Shown: positions 1 to 5,598 of the stretch, one piece after another | Position numbering within the stretch: position 1 is the stretch's first letter | How the letters are laid out: every line of letters begins with the position of its first letter | Virus record (IMG/VR): IMGVR_UViG_3300010412_000010 | Coordinates: 1-14,462 of that record | Strand: one strand, 5' to 3' | Source of the DNA: a virus | Taxonomy: Duplodnaviria; Heunggongvirae; Uroviricota; Caudoviricetes | Length of the DNA stretch: 14,462 nucleotides | Made by a program: the position numbers and the translations under genes | The notes under the pieces: model-generated | Database searches by the model: none | What the model was told of the DNA's origin: nothing | The model's input: only the letters and a program-made list of their open reading frames with translations

Positions 1-20
1 TACTGTCGCATCTTGCCCAT
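1..20 (-). CDS. 5' end of a gene running off the window (MGKMRQ...)
   Basis: ATG at 20 preceded by AAGGTG SD-like sequence; open to the window edge, only 6 codons visible. Confidence 0.3.
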
Positions 21-30
21 AACAATCACC

Positions 31-78
31 TTATCCGACAAACAAAGGTGTTAACAACAACAATTGTTTAGCAATCAT
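31..78 (-). CDS. possible 15-aa hydrophobic peptide MIAKQLLLLTPLFVG
   Basis: ATG at 78 after GAGGGGG; overlaps the end of the PQ-loop gene and fills the gap to the next SD; too short to be sure. Confidence 0.25.
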   Translation of the reverse strand: MIAKQLLLLTPLFVG

Positions 79-340
79 GATATTCCCCCCTCGGAAAATA
101 CATGTATTTCATTATCACCAAAACAAACACCGTGTTCACCCAGTAGTTCACTAATAGCGGCATGTCCCATCCATGTTTGCCAAACACATACACCTGCATC
201 AACACTTCACCAACAACCCACATCCATACAAACGCATGTGATAATCCTTGGCCATGACCATCGCGCCAACACTTTATGGCTTGTGGCGCACCACACAACG
301 CAAACAATATTCCAGCAGTCCAGCCGATAAGCTCAATCAT
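68..340 (-). CDS. SemiSWEET / PQ-loop family small membrane protein
   Basis: 90 aa, three hydrophobic segments, PQ motif (CGAPQAIK), GLS..F..MW..GE and PL..NY..N patterns; ATGA overlap with upstream gene. Confidence 0.8.
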   Translation of the reverse strand: MIELIGWTAGILFALCGAPQAIKCWRDGHGQGLSHAFVWMWVVGEVLMQVYVFGKHGWDMPLLVNYWVNTVFVLVIMKYMYFPRGEYHDC

Positions 341-612
341 GCATTTGCGCCATGTACCAACTTGATATCCGGAAAGTGTTTTTTGACAAACTGTTCCAGC
401 CCATCACGCGAATAACATTGCCGAAGCTCTGGGACATCTTGATAATGGTCACCAAGTCGTCCAGCCAATTCTAGCGCATATCCAAGTCGACTGTCCACAT
501 CGACAAAATCCCCAGACAACACAAGGGTTGCTTCAAACTGTGGGTCGTTTGAAAAAATTGTTTTGCCGTCTGGGCTTACCGACCACGGACCAAAATCTTG
601 ATATTCTTTCAT
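337..612 (-). CDS. hypothetical phage protein
   Basis: 91 aa, GGAG upstream, ATGA overlaps at both ends. Confidence 0.8.
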   Translation of the reverse strand: MKEYQDFGPWSVSPDGKTIFSNDPQFEATLVLSGDFVDVDSRLGYALELAGRLGDHYQDVPELRQCYSRDGLEQFVKKHFPDIKLVHGANA

Positions 613-926
613 GAACCGACTCCACCAATAGTTTTTTGTTTGTTTCTTGCATTGTTCAGTACAGCATTCGACACATTGATAACGACAACACCAGAAACAT
701 CCATTCCAATTTTTTCAAAATGTTCTTTTATATACTGGACATCCAATATTGCATCAATGGCACATCGTTCTTTTTTGACAAGCGCGTTCAGGATATTGGC
801 AAGTGATTCGGCTTCGTTTTTTGTTGGGAAAACAAATTCGTTTACGGCAGGCTCACTTCCAAGCAATCGACTGCTAGAATCCAAACAACCCCATTGCCCA
901 TTAGAATGCTTTCGTATAACCCACAT
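609..926 (-). CDS. hypothetical protein
   Basis: ATG at 926 in a TGATG overlap with GAGGA upstream (ORF track starts one codon earlier at TTG 929). Confidence 0.75.
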   Translation of the reverse strand: MWVIRKHSNGQWGCLDSSSRLLGSEPAVNEFVFPTKNEAESLANILNALVKKERCAIDAILDVQYIKEHFEKIGMDVSGVVVINVSNAVLNNARNKQKTIGGVGS

Positions 927-1186
927 CAAAAAACATCCTCGCGGTCAATGACTTCACAATCTTCCAATGTGTCTTCCAGCAAATCGGCGGCCAATCTCAA
1001 CAGGGCAGCAAGCTCTTCTGCGGAAGATGGTTTCTTTGCTGAAAACGCCAGTTTGCCGGTATTGAAATAAAATTCACACCGACAGTTGACAAATTGATTT
1101 TTTGCAAAATCTTTGAACAGTCTTTTTGTAAGCCTGTCCATCTGCCATTGTTTATGGCATTCTTTTATTTTTTTGAAAATTAACAT
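926..1186 (-). CDS. hypothetical protein
   Basis: ATG at 1186 after GGTGAG (alternative GTG start at 1195); fills the operon without gaps. Confidence 0.75.
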   Translation of the reverse strand: MLIFKKIKECHKQWQMDRLTKRLFKDFAKNQFVNCRCEFYFNTGKLAFSAKKPSSAEELAALLRLAADLLEDTLEDCEVIDREDVF

Positions 1187-1187
1187 G

Positions 1188-1478
1188 TTACTCACCGATT
1201 GATTTTTTGAAAAAATGCTTTATGCCTTCTATTCCTATTTCTTGTAAAATGGCATCTTCGCCATGATACGAAATGAAATCCGAAATGTCAACAGCAGCAA
1301 TCGCATGGTCGTCGACATACGACTGTAGCGCCACGGTTCCATGCAGGTGGTCAATGATATCGTATGGGTCAATTTCGTTCAGCACATCCGACACATCAGC
1401 ATCAAACTCGATTGACATGCGATACGCGCTATCGGCACTGACATCCAAGGAGCTTACTGTAATACTAAATGTTGGCAT
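1188..1478 (-). CDS. small acidic hypothetical protein
   Basis: 96 aa, GGAGG SD; 19 D/E versus 4 K/R. Confidence 0.85.
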   Translation of the reverse strand: MPTFSITVSSLDVSADSAYRMSIEFDADVSDVLNEIDPYDIIDHLHGTVALQSYVDDHAIAAVDISDFISYHGEDAILQEIGIEGIKHFFKKSIGE

Positions 1479-1587
1479 TATGTGCCTCCACCAAATCTTT
1501 TATCGCCCATTCGTTTCTTGTGATTGGGTTTGCTATCCATGCCTCAACAGCAGTCAATAGTTCACCATGAAATCCGGTTTGATAATA

Positions 1588-2160
1588 TCATCGGGCATAA
1601 TAATTTTCCCATTCTCTTATGTTTTTGAATTTTCCTTCGTATTCAACACCATCAATTATCAACCGCCAATCAGACCATCTAGCCAGTTTTCCGGTTTCGG
1701 CATACTCAACAATATTGGCTTTGAGTTGGTGATAGTTTTCAACAGAAGCATCATCGGCAAGTTCCAATATGGTTTCACCATGCGCAATGATATCGTCGTA
1801 TTTCTTTTTTGGAATCTCCCCAGTTTCATGTTGTATTGCCAATAGACCGCTATGAATAAACATATGGCACGAATGGCACAATGCAACGATTTCGATAAGT
1901 TCCATTCTCCCTCGTTGGTAATCGAAAGAATAAAATTCGTGTGCCTCAAGTCTCTGGTAATACTTGGCGTCACTTTTATGAATGCCACATGCAGCACAAC
2001 GATATCCTGTTTTTCGATATGCCGTCTGTCGCTTATCATCCCACCAAGATTTTCCCATAACCGTGCGCGGGTTTAATCCATGCATTGGTTTTGGAATATT
2101 CGGGTGCAACAATAATTCTGGTCTTGGTGAAAATTTTTTCGGCAAAGTTGGTGTTGTCAC
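1588..2160 (-). CDS. HNH-type zinc-binding endonuclease-like protein
   Basis: WWDDKRQTAY, CAACG, LEAHE and LCHSCHMFIH motifs; GTG start 7 nt after AGGA. Confidence 0.75.
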   Translation of the reverse strand: MTTPTLPKKFSPRPELLLHPNIPKPMHGLNPRTVMGKSWWDDKRQTAYRKTGYRCAACGIHKSDAKYYQRLEAHEFYSFDYQRGRMELIEIVALCHSCHMFIHSGLLAIQHETGEIPKKKYDDIIAHGETILELADDASVENYHQLKANIVEYAETGKLARWSDWRLIIDGVEYEGKFKNIREWENYYAR

Positions 2161-2169
2161 ATGGGAGTC

Positions 2170-2448
2170 CTATTCGTCAAATCGGTAGATATCAAGTCGG
2201 TTCCCATCACCATCAATTGGCCAACCATCTTCGCCATAGAATTCAGGATGAAGCTCTTTGTCGCCATAAACAATTCTGGAACTCACCAACTTCTTCCCAC
2301 ACTTGGCACACCGAATCTCACAAATGGTTGCTCTGGTTGGAGTGAAATCCCAATCCAATGTTGCCCGAATCAACCCGACAGCCGAGCCGGTTTCGAAATC
2401 ATGAATGCAAAAAAATTCTTTCAGTTTTTTTAGAAATTTCTTCATCAT
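2170..2448 (-). CDS. hypothetical protein with C-x-H and CxxC (possible Zn ribbon)
   Basis: FCIHDF ... CAKCG; ATGA overlap with the phosphoesterase stop. Confidence 0.75.
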   Translation of the reverse strand: MMKKFLKKLKEFFCIHDFETGSAVGLIRATLDWDFTPTRATICEIRCAKCGKKLVSSRIVYGDKELHPEFYGEDGWPIDGDGNRLDIYRFDE

Positions 2449-2975
2449 TGCTGGTTCCTAATTCTGGTAAACACTTCTTCGATGTGAATTGGTCGATAAT
2501 CAATATGCTCCACAGACACGCAAAAATATCGCGGGTCAATAAATCCATCAGCGTCAACCACACGACGATAGTGCAGGTGTCCATGAATGTTACACTTCCA
2601 TCGAGACAAACTTTCTTCGTGCACTGGGATATGACTAATCAAACACCCACCCAAAATGTGGTATGCGCGAATGTCTTTGAAATGTGGCGCATAATCGGAC
2701 ATCTTGAAAATGTCGTGATTGCCTTTGATTAGGACTTTCGTACCATTGAGCCTTGGTAAAATGGACAATGATTTCCGGTTGATAACAACATCACCAGCGA
2801 CATACACTTTATCGGTTGGACGAACCGTATCATTCCAACGCAACACCATTTCTTCATCCATTTCGGAAACATCATCCCATGGACGAAGTTTGCTTCCGTC
2901 ATCGCGAAGAAACCGACACACACCATGATGTCCAAAGTGTGGGTCGGCAATCAAGAACGATTCGCCGCCGAACAT
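2445..2975 (-). CDS. calcineurin-like metallophosphoesterase (phage/AQ1575-like type)
   Basis: All five signature motifs: DPHFGH, GD, GNHD, SH(IP), HGHLH; TAATG overlap with upstream gene. Confidence 0.92.
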   Translation of the reverse strand: MFGGESFLIADPHFGHHGVCRFLRDDGSKLRPWDDVSEMDEEMVLRWNDTVRPTDKVYVAGDVVINRKSLSILPRLNGTKVLIKGNHDIFKMSDYAPHFKDIRAYHILGGCLISHIPVHEESLSRWKCNIHGHLHYRRVVDADGFIDPRYFCVSVEHIDYRPIHIEEVFTRIRNQQ

Positions 2976-3241
2976 TAGTCAATGTTCGAACTGATAACGG
3001 CGCGCGCCAACGAAAGTAGTTTCGGTGTATTCAGTACAGCAATACATACGGCAACCATTTCATTACATGCCAGCGCTTCGTCATCTGGTTTCTGCATCGA
3101 CAGAAAGATTTCAACACGGTTGTCGGGACGGATAACAATAGCCGCGTCCCCAGGATTCACAACAACGGTGGCCGAGTTGTCGGTTAATTCAACAACATCC
3201 AATCCAGCCAACTTCAATCGCTCCAGCTTATCATTACTCAT
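2975..3241 (-). CDS. hypothetical protein
   Basis: 88 aa; AAGGAG SD; first gene after the 3280-3307 promoter. Confidence 0.85.
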   Translation of the reverse strand: MSNDKLERLKLAGLDVVELTDNSATVVVNPGDAAIVIRPDNRVEIFLSMQKPDDEALACNEMVAVCIAVLNTPKLLSLARAVISSNID

Positions 3242-3279
3242 ATATGACTCCTTATAAACAACATTATCAAATTTTCGTA

Positions 3280-3307
3280 ATTATATACGACCCCAGTGAT
3301 TGGTCAA
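3280..3307 (-). promoter_or_regulatory. sigma70-type early promoter TTGACC-16-TATAAT
   Basis: -35 at 3307-3302, -10 at 3285-3280, A/T tracts upstream, in an 86-bp intergenic gap. Confidence 0.8.
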
Positions 3308-3327
3308 TGGGTTTTTTTCAAAAAACT

Positions 3328-3693
3328 TTATTTGTACTTGGCAATCAGGATGATGATTTCCTTTGCCAGTTCTTCCATCCCATCCCGTTTAATAGCGACA
3401 CACGCCACATCACGAAGGGAATCCAATACATCGGCTGCGTCTATATTAGCCGACATGTTGTTTTTGGAAATGTCGGTTACAGCAATACCATAAACCGACC
3501 GTAAACTGGAAAGAACATGTGCCGGAGGCAATGGCACAGAATCAGTGTGGACAAATTCTTTACCCGAAAAAAGACCATCCGCGATATCCTTTGCCTCTCT
3601 CAAACCAAACCCAAAAACCGTGCGCAATTCCCTGATTGTCGCGACTCTATTCGCAACCAAATACCCCTGAACGAGCGATAGCCGAACTTCCAT
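3328..3693 (-). CDS. protein with N-terminal ribosomal bL12 (L7/L12) C-terminal-domain-like motif
   Basis: ANRVATIRELRTVFGFGLREAKDIADG aligns to E. coli L7/L12 [27 protein letters not shown] (13/27 identical); GGGGGT SD. Confidence 0.75.
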   Translation of the reverse strand: MEVRLSLVQGYLVANRVATIRELRTVFGFGLREAKDIADGLFSGKEFVHTDSVPLPPAHVLSSLRSVYGIAVTDISKNNMSANIDAADVLDSLRDVACVAIKRDGMEELAKEIIILIAKYK

Positions 3694-3711
3694 AATTTAC
3701 CCCCCACCAAA

Positions 3712-4284
3712 TCAAGCAGCGGTTTTTGTTGCGTTCAATTTCACCAAGTTCTTGATAAGCACGGCCAAATCCGAATTCACATCCGCCACTTCCAGATACG
3801 CATTAGCGGCAGCAATCACATCGGCTTCCACTGGCTCAACATCAACGGCAGGTTCGCCAGTATACACGAACGGTTTATTCCAACGACCAAGATTCAGGTC
3901 AACATAATGGCCAACATCGAAATAGTCGGCTTGGATGTCGCTGTTGTTGTAGTTGTCGGTGTTCAGCGCGCTCATGATATTCTCAATCACTTCCAGCGTT
4001 TCATCAAAATAGTCACGGAACCAATATGGATTCACATCGACATATGTCGGTGCGTTCGCGCTCAGTCGCTTGTATGCTTCGACTGAGTGATAATCGGTTT
4101 TGTATTTCAGCTTGTCCATCACGACGCGAGCATATTCGGCCATCAAATCAACCGGAGCCGAATACACGGTCATGACGATGGTTGAGTGATTATCGACAGC
4201 CAACGACCATTTCCAGTCTTTTGGGACAACCTTTTTCAGTTCCGCGCGAATCTTTGCTTTCTTCTCTTTGCTCACATATGCCAT
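3712..4284 (-). CDS. conserved phage protein, LPD29-like (polyvalent-protein-associated domain; tentative)
   Basis: MAYVSKE..KIR..LKK, NHST, VNPYW and SDIQADYFDVG.Y.D...G.WNKP motifs; GAGGA SD. Confidence 0.7.
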   Translation of the reverse strand: MAYVSKEKKAKIRAELKKVVPKDWKWSLAVDNHSTIVMTVYSAPVDLMAEYARVVMDKLKYKTDYHSVEAYKRLSANAPTYVDVNPYWFRDYFDETLEVIENIMSALNTDNYNNSDIQADYFDVGHYVDLNLGRWNKPFVYTGEPAVDVEPVEADVIAAANAYLEVADVNSDLAVLIKNLVKLNATKTAA

Positions 4285-4313
4285 GATAAAATCCTCTTTG
4301 TTTTCACCAGTCC

Positions 4314-4342
4314 ATTAAACCACAACTCGACAAAAAACACAA
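4314..4342 (-). promoter_or_regulatory. probable sigma70-type promoter TTGTGT-17-(TGn)TTTAAT
   Basis: Correct spacing, extended TG and upstream A-tract, but the -10 lacks the conserved A. Confidence 0.45.
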
Positions 4343-4355
4343 TATTTTTTGGAAT

Positions 4356-4484
4356 TTATTTGTAGAACCAGCAGGTGAATGGGGCGCTTCGATACAACAC
4401 CCAACCATCGTTTTTTAGCCGCTCGGCTCGCGCCATTCCAGCAATGGTAGATACATCGACGGTTACATAATTGCGATTCTGCAT
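4356..4484 (-). CDS. 42-aa small protein absent from the ORF track (MQNRNYVTVDVSTIAGMARAERLKNDGWVLYRSAPFTCWFYK)
   Basis: GGAGG 4 nt before ATG 4484; TAA at 4358-4356; fills the gap between the upstream gene and the next promoter. Confidence 0.75.
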   Translation of the reverse strand: MQNRNYVTVDVSTIAGMARAERLKNDGWVLYRSAPFTCWFYK

Positions 4485-4496
4485 ATATCCTCCAAG

Positions 4497-4784
4497 TTAC
4501 TCTTCTTCTTCTTCTTCGGGTTCAGCCAAAATAACGCCATGGATGACTCGAATTTCAGTGAGGTATTTTGCACCAAGCAGCGCGGCAACAATTTCTTCCC
4601 TATCCATGGTATCCAATTTTGCAACCAACTCATTGCGGCGACATTCATGACACACACCATTAATTGCCACATACCCGTTCTTTTTGTATTCGCTAATTCG
4701 AGAGCGGTCCATACGATTGCGACCATCCATCGTATTACTGGCCTCACAACCGCATTCCCATCGAACAATCACTTTAGTACCCAT
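4497..4784 (-). CDS. hypothetical protein with Cys pairs and poly-Glu tail
   Basis: ATG 4784 after GGAGG (ORF track starts at TTG 4805); CGC...CHEC; ends PEEEEEE. Confidence 0.8.
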   Translation of the reverse strand: MGTKVIVRWECGCEASNTMDGRNRMDRSRISEYKKNGYVAINGVCHECRRNELVAKLDTMDREEIVAALLGAKYLTEIRVIHGVILAEPEEEEEE

Positions 4785-4817
4785 CAACTTCTTCCTCCCA
4801 AACAAACCTTCACTGTC

Positions 4818-4846
4818 ATATTAGCAAGATTTTTTCGAAAAAACAA
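4818..4846 (-). promoter_or_regulatory. sigma70-type promoter TTGTTT-17-(TGn)TAATAT overlapped by palindromes
   Basis: -35 at 4846-4841, -10 at 4823-4818, extended TG. Confidence 0.6.
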
Positions 4847-4861
4847 GGTTTTCGAAAAAAC
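4830..4861. repeat. tandem palindromes TTTTTTCGAAAAAA and TTTTCGAAAA
   Basis: Perfect palindromes at 4830-4843 and 4849-4858; the 13-mer TTTTCGAAAAAAC is repeated at a 17-bp period. Confidence 0.9.
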
Positions 4862-4862
4862 A

Positions 4863-5162
4863 TCAATAAAAATCATACCCTTCTTTTTCTTTAGCATCGA
4901 CCAACCAAGTCGGAATCAAATACGCCACTTGTCCACGGGTATCATTGTAAAAATCATCGACCACCCTAATCAGTTGGCTTTTTGGGAACCAACAATACCC
5001 GTCAGTTAGGTAACCAACCGAATTGAATTTACGCACCTTGAAACATACGGCCTTGGCGCTTGTTCGGTATGGCTCTTTAGAAAACAGGCTGTAACCGCTT
5101 GACATTGCGCCTAATGAGACCCAACGACTAACCAATCCATCGAAACGCGGTTTGTCTTTCAT
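4863..5162 (-). CDS. conserved phage hypothetical protein
   Basis: ATG 5162 after GGGGGT (the ORF-track extension to 5258 runs through the promoter); T.KA...W.PKSQ...IP.WL pattern. Confidence 0.75.
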   Translation of the reverse strand: MKDKPRFDGLVSRWVSLGAMSSGYSLFSKEPYRTSAKAVCFKVRKFNSVGYLTDGYCWFPKSQLIRVVDDFYNDTRGQVAYLIPTWLVDAKEKEGYDFY

Positions 5163-5187
5163 AACGACCCCCAATCCATACAATTTC

Positions 5188-5216
5188 AGTATACCAGAAT
5201 AACAGATTTTTTTCAA
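5188..5216 (-). promoter_or_regulatory. strong sigma70-type promoter TTGAAA-17-(TGn)TATACT
   Basis: -35 at 5216-5211, -10 at 5193-5188, 25 nt before ATG 5162. Confidence 0.85.
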
Positions 5217-5286
5217 AAATATTCGGGGAGTTGATTTGGGGATTATCCATGAAACCATGGGGACAATTTACAAAATAAAAAACAAC

Positions 5287-5433
5287 AAATCCAGCAATCA
5301 AGCGCGTTCCACGAGATGTTCCACGGACAGGTATCGGCAACCATAGTTTTGGCGTCGTTTTCCAAAAAACACCTATACCACCCATACCACAACGAAATCC
5401 AACAACCAAGCATGTTCCACGGGATGTTCCACG
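5287..5433. repeat. 39-bp imperfect direct repeat, two copies 108 bp apart, each holding two GTTCCACG cores
   Basis: 5287-5325 versus 5395-5433, 34/39 identical; cores at 5306, 5318, 5414 and 5426. Confidence 0.95.
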
Positions 5434-5462
5434 ATTTTGAGGTGCCGACCCGTTTAACGGAC

Positions 5463-5490
5463 TTGACAGCCCGAATTTTATGTTTACAAT
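5463..5490 (+). promoter_or_regulatory. sigma70-type promoter TTGACA-16-TACAAT
   Basis: Perfect -35 at 5463-5468, -10 at 5485-5490. Confidence 0.7.
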
Positions 5491-5502
5491 ACTTTCTGTC
5501 AA
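5475..5502 (-). promoter_or_regulatory. sigma70-type promoter TTGACA-16-TAAAAT
   Basis: Perfect -35 at 5502-5497, -10 at 5480-5475; mirror image of the plus-strand promoter. Confidence 0.7.
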
Positions 5503-5514
5503 GAAAAGAAAAGG

Positions 5515-5597
5515 TATAAACCAAGTTCACTTTATAAACTTCAAGTTACTTAAGATACCTTAAGGTTCTAGTATACTTAAAGTTCCTTAAGTTTAAC
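5515..5597. repeat. AT-rich cluster of short palindromes (CTTAAG x3, ACCTTAAGGT, AGTATACT, TTTATAAA, AACTTCAAGTT)
   Basis: About 27% GC over 5503-5597; imperfect 17-bp inverted arms at 5548-5564 and 5576-5592. Confidence 0.85.
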
Positions 5598-5598
5598 A

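Noticed and set aside
64-5009. Plus-strand ORFs over the early cluster, and alternate-frame minus ORFs 1659-2039, 2399-2584, 2729-2950, 3296-3493 and 4463-4768
   Set aside because: They shadow better-supported, SD-led, overlap-coupled genes
5243-5251. DnaA box TTATCCATG
   Set aside because: Single 7/9 match, expected by chance
5287-5433. Mini-CRISPR array
   Set aside because: Only two units, a 69-bp spacer, internal tandem rather than palindromic structure, and no cas genes in the window
5306-5433. Canonical parS sites
   Set aside because: Only half-sites (TGTTCCACG) in direct orientation; the palindromic second half required for ParB loading is absent
5128-5530. ORFs 5128-5502(-), 5243-5530(-) and 5316-5519(+)
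   Set aside because: They run through promoters and DNA repeats, lack SDs and have implausible composition; the peptide repeats simply reflect the DNA repeat
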